Of a DNA stretch of 64,000 bases, positions 8,902 to 17,861 are shown one piece after another. Made by a program: the position numbers and the translations under genes. The first letter of the stretch is position 1. The number at the start of each line of letters is the position of its first letter. The notes beneath the pieces were generated by a model, which was not told where the DNA came from, made no database searches, and saw only the letters and a program-made list of their open reading frames with translations. The stretch is from assembly GCA_963664195.1 (NCBI GenBank), contig OY760907.1:3648001-3712000 (forward strand). The letters are read 5' to 3'. This DNA comes from an uncultured candidate division Zixibacteria bacterium (GTDB taxonomy: Bacteria; Zixibacteria; MSB-5A5; GN15; FEB-12).

Positions 8902-9858
8902 CTAAGTACTGGCGTACATACCGAGTAGTCGACGCGCAACCTCGGCCAGTTCTCTTCGCATCTCGAGCGGAGCCAAAACCTCGGCCTCGTCCCCAAAACC
9001 AAGTATCCAACGAAGGATTTCTTCGTAGCCGTTGACGGTCACTCGATACCTCACGGTATGTTCGTTGACCGTCTCTATCTCCTCCCGGGGATGATGCACA
9101 CCGTTGGCCACCACACGCGCCGCTTTGCCACTGAACAACACCTCCACGTCAAAGGAATCACCGCCATACAGCCGCCAACTGCCGTCAAAATAGCTCTCGG
9201 CGTTCACATCTTTAGCTCTGGCGAAATACTCCCCGGTTGTTTGCACATCGCGCACGCGATCCACACGGAAAGTGCGAAGGTCCTCACGAAGACGGCAACG
9301 GGCCACAAAATAGAACGCCCGTCCGCGGAACACAATGAAGTACGGCTCCACCACACGATGCGTCATGCCGTGCTCAATGGTCTCGTAGTCCATCGCAACA
9401 CACGTCTGGTTGTTAACCGCATCCTCGATGATACCATAGATACGCTCAGGATTGCTGTGCGCCTGGGTGGTGTCGATGTCGATCCGTGCAACACTTCGTG
9501 CCGTCTTCTTCTTCTCTCTGGTGATATCCGACAATCCGGAATCAACCTTCGCCCGCACCTGCTTGAGCACCTCGGCATACTTGCCTGTCTCAGTCAGCGG
9601 CGAAGATTCGAGGGCAAGCTTCAGACAAGTGTACTCCTCGAAGTTGAAATTGAACGCCGGGAGGAAATTGTCAGAGGCCAGCTTGTAACCGTTGTCGTAG
9701 TAGATGGGGATATTGGCCTCGGACAGGCTTATGATATCCCGATAGATGGATCGCTCGGTCACCCCGCACTCTTCAGCCAGACGGGCAGCGTTCAGCGTCC
9801 GACGGCTTCTCAGCAGATTGAGGATATACAACAAGCGATCGTATTTTGTCATTCCCAT
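8902..9858 (-). CDS. YafY-family WYL-domain transcriptional regulator (wHTH-WYL-WCX)
   Basis: DRLLYIL...LAEECGVTERSIYRDI, VEPYFIV...FYFVARC...RTFRVDRV, WILGFGDEAEVLAPLEMR. Likely start MGMTK at 9858. Confidence 0.92.
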   Translation of the reverse strand: MGMTKYDRLLYILNLLRSRRTLNAARLAEECGVTERSIYRDIISLSEANIPIYYDNGYKLASDNFLPAFNFNFEEYTCLKLALESSPLTETGKYAEVLKQVRAKVDSGLSDITREKKKTARSVARIDIDTTQAHSNPERIYGIIEDAVNNQTCVAMDYETIEHGMTHRVVEPYFIVFRGRAFYFVARCRLREDLRTFRVDRVRDVQTTGEYFARAKDVNAESYFDGSWRLYGGDSFDVEVLFSGKAARVVANGVHHPREEIETVNEHTVRYRVTVNGYEEILRWILGFGDEAEVLAPLEMRRELAEVARRLLGMYAST

Positions 9859-10026
9859 AGTTCGTTTTCCCGTGGCCCCGAGGACAATATAGCATCTGGG
9901 ACGGGGCACAGTCAATATAGGGATTCTCCCATACTAATCTCGATTTCCCACCCCTCGAAAACGCGCCCACACGCCGCCGCCGAGCGTAACCGCATGTAAG
10001 CCCACAGATTACAGGCAGTTGTCGCC

Positions 10027-10043
10027 ACGGCATGCCGTTTGCC
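10027..10043 (+). promoter_or_regulatory. sigma54-type -24/-12 promoter
   Basis: ACGGCATGCCGTTTGCC (GG-N10-GC), overlapped by the palindrome TTTGCCAATTGATTGGCAAA. Confidence 0.55.
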
Positions 10044-10089
10044 AATTGATTGGCAAAGCAAGGATGAAACGCCAGACGCAGGGGTGTAT

Positions 10090-12144
10090 ATGGCAACACA
10101 ACGAAATCGAAAGCGAGGCCGACGATCGGATGACTCCGGTGAATCGCGCCTCTTCAAGTACGGCACCAAGGTAATGCTCGGCGTGGTCGTAGCGCTGGTC
10201 TTCCTTACCCTGACCCAATGCACGGTGAAGAAACCGGAGTCTCCGACCTGGACGACCCAGTTTACCCTTCCGGTAGTAAATCGCACGTACACGATGCCGG
10301 AGATAGTCGACAAGCTAGATGCTGACGGTATCGAGTTTGATGCTGACAGTAATATTGTCTATACGCTCACGCGAGATATCGACACCATTTCGCTTGAGGC
10401 GGATGAGTTGACGACCTCCGATCTGTCCTATACCGTTTCAGAGGTACTGGGACCCGTCGTTATTGAGGCACCGCCTTCTCGCTCGGCCACAATTGACCTG
10501 GATGAGATACCGACGCTGTCAGCCTTCCTGCCCGGAACACTGCCGGCGGTCAGCTTCTCGCTCGACAACGCGATGGCCCCGATCAGCACCTTTTCGGCCG
10601 CCAGCCTTTCGAGCGGCCAGCTGCGCGCCGTCGCATCGAACAATCTCGGCTTCGATCTGAGTACCGTGACCGTCGAATTGTACGACGTCGTGATCGGCGC
10701 CACGGTCGGCACGCCGCAATCATTCTCCAGCGGCATAGCCGACGGTGAGACAGACACCACAGTCTTTAATCTGGCGGGCGCCACGATCTCCAATACTCTC
10801 GAGATTCGTGTGTCTGCCAGTACGCTCGGTGGCACGGTCCTCTCAGCATCGAACAAAAACATTGTAACGGTGATGGAGTTCGTCGGTGATCTGACGGTAG
10901 CATCGGCCACAGCCGAGATTCCGGCCCTGTCGCGCACCTTCTCGCAGCAGGTCGCGCTTGGCGAGAGCGACGCGCTTTACCACGCCACCATTTCCGGCGG
11001 TAACCTGAACCTCGTCGTCGGCAATGAGACCGGTCTCAGTGCCGATCTCAGCATCGAGTTCCCGGATATCCTCAACGACGGTTCACCGCTCCAGATACAG
11101 CGCACCATACCTGCGCACGGATCCGACGCGGTCGCGGTCGACATTTCAGGATACGAACTGCTTCCGACTGACTCCACCGTTCCGCAGAATATCAACGTAG
11201 ACGTAGTCGCCTCCGTGCCGGGCACCGCTCCGGGTGTGTACGCAGGTGTCGATCAGAATGATGAGTTCACGGTTACTGCTACTCTCACCGGTCTGGAGTT
11301 CGGCTCGGTTTCGGGTGTGTTCAGCTCGGTCTCCTCGAGTATTGAATCAACCCGAGAAGAAATCGACATTCCGGAAGGGTTTGACAGTATGGAGCTCTCT
11401 ACTGCAATCCTCACCCTGGAGATATCCAACGGCGTCGACATGTCTGGTACTCTGGACATTCTACTCGAAGGCAGCAACGGCAAGACTCTCAATATCACCG
11501 GCAATATAGACGCCGGTGGCGCGGCCAACCCGGTTGTCTCGTACATCATCGATACAACCGTGGCTGAGTTTCTTTCGCCGCTTCCGTCGTGGATAGATAT
11601 CGCCGGCAATGCCACTTTCGGCGATGGTGTCACGGAAGGTACGATCACCGCCAACGACTTCGTTTATGCTCAGGTGAACATACTCGCTCCGATGGAAATG
11701 ATCGTGCACGAATCCACCATCGAGAGTGACATCGAAAGCGAAGACATCGACCAGGAAGATATCGACATCGTCACCGATCACGTGGAGGAAGCCCGGTTCG
11801 TCTACAACGTGATCAGCCACCTTCCGCTCGGCGCGCGGTTTGAGATATATCTCGGCAGTGACTCGACCACCCTGTACACAGCACCCGGACTGTTAATCGA
11901 TGAGGTCTCTACGGTTGCGGCTCCGCTGACCGCGGGTATCGTCAACGACACAGCCTCAACCGGCTACCAGACCATCACATTGAGCAACGATGACATCCAG
12001 GTTCTGAACACCGACACGCTGTTTATAGGCAGCCTTCTGGTGCTCGAGGACTCCAACGGCCAGCCGGTCCGGCTGACAGTCGATGACTACGTCACGATTA
12101 TCGGCAGGATCGAAGTTGACTACCTCTTTGACGGTGATTTCTAA
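10090..12144 (+). CDS. Large acidic beta-rich putative lipoprotein, function unknown
   Basis: Hydrophobic stretch ending LTLTQC, then T/S/D/G-rich beta-sandwich-like sequence. Start MATQR (10090) preferred over 10039. Confidence 0.7.
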   Translation: MATQRNRKRGRRSDDSGESRLFKYGTKVMLGVVVALVFLTLTQCTVKKPESPTWTTQFTLPVVNRTYTMPEIVDKLDADGIEFDADSNIVYTLTRDIDTISLEADELTTSDLSYTVSEVLGPVVIEAPPSRSATIDLDEIPTLSAFLPGTLPAVSFSLDNAMAPISTFSAASLSSGQLRAVASNNLGFDLSTVTVELYDVVIGATVGTPQSFSSGIADGETDTTVFNLAGATISNTLEIRVSASTLGGTVLSASNKNIVTVMEFVGDLTVASATAEIPALSRTFSQQVALGESDALYHATISGGNLNLVVGNETGLSADLSIEFPDILNDGSPLQIQRTIPAHGSDAVAVDISGYELLPTDSTVPQNINVDVVASVPGTAPGVYAGVDQNDEFTVTATLTGLEFGSVSGVFSSVSSSIESTREEIDIPEGFDSMELSTAILTLEISNGVDMSGTLDILLEGSNGKTLNITGNIDAGGAANPVVSYIIDTTVAEFLSPLPSWIDIAGNATFGDGVTEGTITANDFVYAQVNILAPMEMIVHESTIESDIESEDIDQEDIDIVTDHVEEARFVYNVISHLPLGARFEIYLGSDSTTLYTAPGLLIDEVSTVAAPLTAGIVNDTASTGYQTITLSNDDIQVLNTDTLFIGSLLVLEDSNGQPVRLTVDDYVTIIGRIEVDYLFDGDF

Positions 12145-12155
12145 GGGAGGCCGCC

Positions 12156-13460
12156 ATGAAAACGAATATTATGACCTTATCGAAAGATAGCAGCCCCGGG
12201 CTGAGCACACTGGCCTGGCTTCTCCTGACAGCCGCCTTCATAACACTGCTGGTGCCGACCACAAGCGCGGGAGCTTCCGCAGTCCACTCCTCCGCAAGAG
12301 CGGCAGGTATGGGCGGTGCATACACAGGTCTGGCCAGGGGCGTCGACGCGCCAAAGTACAATCCGGCGAACCTCGGTATCAGCGACTATCGCCAGTACGG
12401 CATTGAGTTCGTCTCCATCGGTGTGAACGTCGCTAACAACGCGTTTACCCTTGACGACTACAACACCTACACAGGTGCCCACCTTTCCACCTCGGACAAG
12501 GAAGACATCCTCAACAAGATTCCGGGCGAGGGCTGGAGCGTTGACGCCGATGTGAATGCCACCGCATTGACGCTGTCGCTTGGAAGTCTCGTGATATCCA
12601 CAAACGGCATCGGTGCCGCGGATGTGAACGTGAACAAGGATGTTGTCGATCTCGTCCTCAACGGCAACGCTATTAACGACACCATCACGGTAACCGGTTC
12701 CTATTCCGACGCTCTCTCCTACGCCAGCCTTGGCGTGTCGTACGGCGTCCCGATCTACTCAAACGGCACTCGCCAGCTTGCAATCGGTGCCACTGCGAGA
12801 TACATCAAAGGTATCGCCGCTGAGCAACTGGTTGAAATGAACGGCAACTCAGTCACGCACGCGTCGGGCATCGATGGAGCCGGTCGGGTCATCGTCCAGA
12901 CTGCCGAGGGTGGTTCCGGATACAGCGTTGATCTTGGCGCCACGCTCAAACTCGGCAACAGCTACGCCGCAGGCGTGCGTGTTCAGAACGTACTCGGAAG
13001 CATCACCTGGAGCGACAACCCGGAAGAGCACGGCTACATATTCGACTTCGCGGCATCCACTTACGATGACTTTGAAGACGATGACTTCAGCGGCTCCGAT
13101 GACTATACCAAATCCATAGACGAATTCACGACCTCTCTCCCAACCGTTATGAACGCCGGTTTCGCAAAAACTTCCGGCAAGATGGTCTTCGCGGTTGACT
13201 GGATACAGGGCCTGAAAAAGGGCACCGGCATCTCTACCAAACCGCGAGTAGCTCTCGGCGCAGAGTGGTCGTTGCTCAAACAACTACCGCTTCGCGCAGG
13301 TTTCTCCACAGGCGGAGACCGCAACACCGCCTTTTCCTTCGGCTCCGGGATCAACTTCTTCGGTTTCTACTTCGACGGTGCCGTGTTCACAGGCACCTCC
13401 GGGACGCTATACTCGTCCAAGGGGGCCAATTTCGCTCTGTCAACAGGGTTAAGATTCTAA
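12156..13460 (+). CDS. Outer-membrane beta-barrel protein (FadL/PorV/DUF5723-like)
   Basis: Signal peptide, ARAAGMGGAYTG...YNPANL motif, amphipathic strands and C-terminal Phe; GGAGG RBS. Confidence 0.7.
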   Translation: MKTNIMTLSKDSSPGLSTLAWLLLTAAFITLLVPTTSAGASAVHSSARAAGMGGAYTGLARGVDAPKYNPANLGISDYRQYGIEFVSIGVNVANNAFTLDDYNTYTGAHLSTSDKEDILNKIPGEGWSVDADVNATALTLSLGSLVISTNGIGAADVNVNKDVVDLVLNGNAINDTITVTGSYSDALSYASLGVSYGVPIYSNGTRQLAIGATARYIKGIAAEQLVEMNGNSVTHASGIDGAGRVIVQTAEGGSGYSVDLGATLKLGNSYAAGVRVQNVLGSITWSDNPEEHGYIFDFAASTYDDFEDDDFSGSDDYTKSIDEFTTSLPTVMNAGFAKTSGKMVFAVDWIQGLKKGTGISTKPRVALGAEWSLLKQLPLRAGFSTGGDRNTAFSFGSGINFFGFYFDGAVFTGTSGTLYSSKGANFALSTGLRF

Positions 13461-13471
13461 ATGGGGATTGA

Positions 13472-15229
13472 ATGATGAGAACTGCTATCAGTACAAAACG
13501 AACCCGGAGCTTCTGGTTCTGCCTGGCAATTGTCGCCGTCATGTCCGTATGCGTGACGTCGGTCCTTTCGGCACCGCCGCACCCATCGCTGCTGGAGAAA
13601 AAGGCCGCCGGGCTGACCGACGGTGCCTGCGAAGCTATCACCTTCCCGGATATGGACGAACTGCATGCACGCGGCATAGGCGCCCCGGATGACTTCTTCG
13701 TCGACTTCCTCAGCTCACCCCGACGCACCGATACCGAAGGAGCTTCCGCCGGATTCAATGTTCTGGCTCTCCTGGTCGACTTCTCCGACCATCCGGCCCA
13801 GGTCCCCGCGTCGTTCTACGACTCCCTGATCTTTGATTCGGGACCGGGGTCGATCCGCGATTACATCAGCGAGATTTCCTACGGCCAGGTTGAGCTACAG
13901 ACGGCAAACATGCCGTCGACCATAGGTTGGACTCGCGCCCCTCAGCCGTATTCCTACTATGTCAATGCCAACTACGGTATGGGGAGTTTTCCCAATAACT
14001 CCCAGGGCCTCGTCTCTGATCTCGTGGCCGCAGTAGACGGTACGGTCGATTTCACGCCGTACGACAACGACGGCGATACCTATGTCGACGTACTCATTGT
14101 AGTGCACACCGGCACCGGTGCCGAAGTGTCTGCCAGTATCAACGATATGTGGTCGCACAAATGGGGCGTCGTGCCCCTCAGTGTCGACGGCGGCGTCAAG
14201 GTATCAAGTTTCACCGTGCAGCCGGAGTTCTGGCATACCGCCGGCGACATGACGATCGGCGTATATTCGCACGAACTCTGTCACGGATTCGGCCTCCCCG
14301 ATCTGTACGATATCGACAACAGCTCGAACGGTATCGGCAAATGGGGACTGATGTCCTTTGGCTCCTGGAACGGTCCGACCGGCTATGGTGAGTCTCCCTC
14401 TCACCCCAGTGCCTGGTGTCGTATCCAAATGGGCATGGCAACTCCTGTCGACGTAACAGGCACCCTCACTGATCAGGCTATCGGCGCCGTTGAAACAGTC
14501 GGTTCGATCTACAAGCTGCCGATGGCCGTCGGCAGTGCCAGTGAGTATTTCCTTGTGGAGAATCGCCAGCGCATCGGGTATGACACATACCTACCGGGCG
14601 ACGGCCTCTTAATCTGGCACATAGACGAAGCCAAATCCACCAACGAACAGGAATGGTGGCCGGGGCAAACAAACTCGGCGCATTATCTCGCCGCGCTTGA
14701 ACAGGCCGATGCCAGCTACCACCTGGAGCATGCAGACAATGCAGGGACTGCTGCCGACCCATTCCCGGGAACGACAAACAACACGTCGTTTGTCTCTTCC
14801 TCCGCCCCAAGCTCCGACTCATACGTCAACGGCAATTCGTCGGTCGAGGTCACAAGTATCTCGGCCTCCGCATCCACGATGTACGCTACGCTCCAGTCCG
14901 GCGTGCCCGCAGATGTCAGACTGGGGGAAACGGACCAGTCAACGCTACCGTCGGGGTTCGCGCTCTCCCAGAACTATCCCAATCCGTTCAATCCGGTCAC
15001 CAATATCGAGTTGACCGTACCGACCACTGCCCACGTGACAGTAGTCGTCTACAACCTGCTCGGCCAGGAAGTGGAAACGCTTCTTGACGGTGAGGTTACC
15101 ACGGGCAAGATCACTCTGACCTGGGATTCCTCGACTCCGGACAACCACGAACTGGCGAGCGGCGTCTATTTCTATACGCTGAGTGTTGACGGCTGTGAGG
15201 AAAGCCACAAGATGCTCCTGCTCAAGTAG
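13472..15229 (+). CDS. M6 (immune inhibitor A-like) metalloprotease with C-terminal sorting/FlgD-like domain
   Basis: LLVDFSD, HELCHGFGLPDLYD, LMSFGSWN, EYFLVENRQ, GLLIWHIDE; C-terminal SQNYPNPFNP...SGVYFY...KMLLLK. Confidence 0.9.
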   Translation: MMRTAISTKRTRSFWFCLAIVAVMSVCVTSVLSAPPHPSLLEKKAAGLTDGACEAITFPDMDELHARGIGAPDDFFVDFLSSPRRTDTEGASAGFNVLALLVDFSDHPAQVPASFYDSLIFDSGPGSIRDYISEISYGQVELQTANMPSTIGWTRAPQPYSYYVNANYGMGSFPNNSQGLVSDLVAAVDGTVDFTPYDNDGDTYVDVLIVVHTGTGAEVSASINDMWSHKWGVVPLSVDGGVKVSSFTVQPEFWHTAGDMTIGVYSHELCHGFGLPDLYDIDNSSNGIGKWGLMSFGSWNGPTGYGESPSHPSAWCRIQMGMATPVDVTGTLTDQAIGAVETVGSIYKLPMAVGSASEYFLVENRQRIGYDTYLPGDGLLIWHIDEAKSTNEQEWWPGQTNSAHYLAALEQADASYHLEHADNAGTAADPFPGTTNNTSFVSSSAPSSDSYVNGNSSVEVTSISASASTMYATLQSGVPADVRLGETDQSTLPSGFALSQNYPNPFNPVTNIELTVPTTAHVTVVVYNLLGQEVETLLDGEVTTGKITLTWDSSTPDNHELASGVYFYTLSVDGCEESHKMLLLK

Positions 15230-15280
15230 TCGCGTTTCGCGTCATTTCCCCTCGTGCCCTTGAGCAGAAGGCAATACAAG

Positions 15281-15308
15281 AAAACCCCGGCCAACCGACC
15301 GGGGTTTT
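15281..15308. terminator. Bidirectional intrinsic terminator
   Basis: AAAACCCCGG-CCAACCGA-CCGGGGTTTT between convergent genes. Confidence 0.8.
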
Positions 15309-15330
15309 CACATGCGTTGAATCATAGAAA

Positions 15331-15537
15331 TCATTTGAAATCGTCACGAGGTGTAACAGCTTCCCTGTTGCTACGATCCCTTTGCGTTTTCTTGAACTGA
15401 GTGTAGCAGGATTTGCACCGTTTCGGATCTTCAGTGTAGCCGCGTTCGGCAAAATACTGTTGAGCCGCTACAGTGAATGCAAATTCCTCCCCACACTCGT
15501 CGCAAATCAGAACACGTGGTTTGAACCCGTCAACCAT
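15331..15537 (-). CDS. Small zinc-ribbon protein (zf-trcl type)
   Basis: LICDECGEEFAFTVAAQQYFAERGY..PKRCKSC pattern; GAGGGG RBS. Confidence 0.85.
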   Translation of the reverse strand: MVDGFKPRVLICDECGEEFAFTVAAQQYFAERGYTEDPKRCKSCYTQFKKTQRDRSNREAVTPRDDFK

Positions 15538-15654
15538 ATGTGTTCCCCCTCATCCATTGAGACAGGTCATCTTTCCGTGACGACCGCTGCGGCTTCTATA
15601 GCAAAAGCAATAAACCCGCCCACAAAGTCCATGTCAATATAAAAGCAGGAATTA

Positions 15655-17715
15655 TTAGTATGGATTACAGGGAGAATTTTGATCGAGGTTGATAAAGAGG
15701 AAATTGATCAGGGCTGTCAGGTCAGACATCGTGGCAAGGCCGTCGAGACAATCAAAGTCACCGGCCTCAGCAATTGGTTCCAACGGAGCAAGGCTGATGA
15801 AGAGGTGATCTATCAATAGAGTCAAGTCACCCATCGTGATCTTGCCGGTGTAGTCAAGATCACCGTATTGGAGGACGGAGACAATCGGTACCTCAACCTC
15901 GGTAAACGTCCACGGATCAATCGAGGATACGGCACGGACTGACAATTGCGAGCTATGACCGAGTGGCATGCCAATAGGGGTAAGATGAGGCGGCGCTATC
16001 GTTATGCTGACCGGCGTCTGGCCGCCCGGCGGTACATCGACCTGGAGAGTGTCGCTCTGTACCCAGCCTGAGTCATCGCTGAGAACGACATCATATGAAT
16101 CGAATAGAATCGAAGGATTCTCCATGTTGAACTCGTACTGCCTGTTCACAGTCGAGTACACGGCTACCTCCGTTGCACCCACTTCTATTGAAACCGCCCT
16201 GTCCGTGGACATATGTGCGCAATAAGTAAACTCCGACGAGGTAGTATCGAATTCGCTCAGATTCACCGCCACAAGGACTATGCGTTGATAATCCTCGTAG
16301 TCTTCTACATCAAGATATCCCGTCCAGTCAGTGCTGTTCAGACTGTATTTCTCTATCTCGTGAGAGTCATCCCCAACGGACTTGATGATGAACGCTGCCC
16401 ATTCCTGCGTGTCGGCACCATTGAACTCGATACGAAGTCTTCCCGTTTTAGACCAATCACGCGTGAACTCCACATAGCATGCACTATACGCCTGGGGCTT
16501 ACCGACAGCCACGGTCGTGTCAACCGGATACAGGTGATGATTGATCGACGGGCTGATCTGCGGATACTCCGCCGCCTCAGCGAAATGCAAACCGTCGTCC
16601 CGCAATCCGGTGATAAAAGTCCACGTACAGAAATCGGCAAAGGCCGAGTCCTGGGTCCATCCATAGGTCGACTGCAAACTGTCAGAAAGTGCATCGTAAA
16701 TGTCGTCTCCCGTGCGAACACCCTCCCATGTCCTACGAATCACGGTGGGGTCGAATTTCTCCGCCAGGTATAGTCCCCAGACAAAAGACGCATAAGCGTG
16801 AATTCCATCGGTCATGAGCGATTTTGACGGCGCCCCGAAGAACTCCGGCAGATAGTTGTAGTTGTCATCGACTTGATCAAAAACGAGGTCCTCGACATGC
16901 GTGGCGTCAAGTTCCATGAACCAGGTATCCTGATCGATGTCATAGGCATACTGGATCGCGTGATGAAACTCGTGCGCACAGGTGGCCCGGGCGGCACCCA
17001 GAACATCCCCCTCAGGATCGCTGTTCGGAGGGAATCCCTCAAAATCCCGATTCAAAACCAGGTAGCCGAAAGAGTCATCCCACAGTTCGGGACCGTCACC
17101 CTCGGGTACGCAATAACCGTAGTAAGGCGTCTCCCGGAAATAAACGTCGTACAGCGTGTCGCCGCCAAGGCCCGTGTCGGATGGAGGCGGCACATACCCC
17201 AGCGCCAGCTGCACAGCAAGCGAGGTATCACAGAAGGATGCGCACTTGTCAACCATATCCGGGATACCGTTTTCATCTATATCCACAAGCGGCACAAAGT
17301 GCCCTCCGACAGTATCATAATGAAGCCGGAAGAAACCGTCCGGTGAAACAACCGACTTCTGACATGTCGGGCGCTGCAGCAGTTTGAATATCACGGCTTT
17401 CGTTTCAGGCGAGAAAGAGTCCATCCGTTTGTAGATATCGAGGATCGTCATTGACGCACATCGGGAGGGCACTCGCGCTTCAGCCCGATATACGGTCGGA
17501 AGATCAGCGGGTGAGACGATCGCAGTGAGTTGCAGCACTGCCTTCTGTTCAACGGTCATCACTCTGGCGTCATAGGCTCGTTCTATTGCTGCCAGCGGGT
17601 CGTGAGCGACTTCGGCGCAACACGGCATCCCCACGAGAATAATCACCAATGCGGCAAGCAACCCAAAAAGATGTCGAGCCGTTGATTGGAAGTATCTTGT
17701 TGCAACTTTGCTCAT
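15655..17715 (-). CDS. Secreted HExxH metalloprotease-like protein (MXAN_6640-like) with C-terminal dockerin-like domain
   Basis: Signal peptide, FRLHYD, AHEFHHAIQYAY, WFMELDAT; C-terminal GDLDYTGKITMGDLTLLIDHLF. Start MSKV preferred (the ORF extends to 17739). Confidence 0.8.
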   Translation of the reverse strand: MSKVATRYFQSTARHLFGLLAALVIILVGMPCCAEVAHDPLAAIERAYDARVMTVEQKAVLQLTAIVSPADLPTVYRAEARVPSRCASMTILDIYKRMDSFSPETKAVIFKLLQRPTCQKSVVSPDGFFRLHYDTVGGHFVPLVDIDENGIPDMVDKCASFCDTSLAVQLALGYVPPPSDTGLGGDTLYDVYFRETPYYGYCVPEGDGPELWDDSFGYLVLNRDFEGFPPNSDPEGDVLGAARATCAHEFHHAIQYAYDIDQDTWFMELDATHVEDLVFDQVDDNYNYLPEFFGAPSKSLMTDGIHAYASFVWGLYLAEKFDPTVIRRTWEGVRTGDDIYDALSDSLQSTYGWTQDSAFADFCTWTFITGLRDDGLHFAEAAEYPQISPSINHHLYPVDTTVAVGKPQAYSACYVEFTRDWSKTGRLRIEFNGADTQEWAAFIIKSVGDDSHEIEKYSLNSTDWTGYLDVEDYEDYQRIVLVAVNLSEFDTTSSEFTYCAHMSTDRAVSIEVGATEVAVYSTVNRQYEFNMENPSILFDSYDVVLSDDSGWVQSDTLQVDVPPGGQTPVSITIAPPHLTPIGMPLGHSSQLSVRAVSSIDPWTFTEVEVPIVSVLQYGDLDYTGKITMGDLTLLIDHLFISLAPLEPIAEAGDFDCLDGLATMSDLTALINFLFINLDQNSPCNPY

Positions 17716-17861
17716 GTATCCTTCATCGACAGTAGTCAAGATTCCTACAGAAGTAACACGGTCTTTGTGAGGAACCAGCCACCGATACGACGCGGAGGCT
17801 AGCCACCCTTAATATACTGGATACCAACAACTTGTCAATGAATAAGACAACCGCCACCAGA

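Noticed and set aside
8692..9002. Short ORFs 8692..8928 (+) and 8748..9002 (-) in the WYL spacer
   Set aside because: No RBS, both overlap the WYL gene, and the composition is dictated by the TGTCA repeats.
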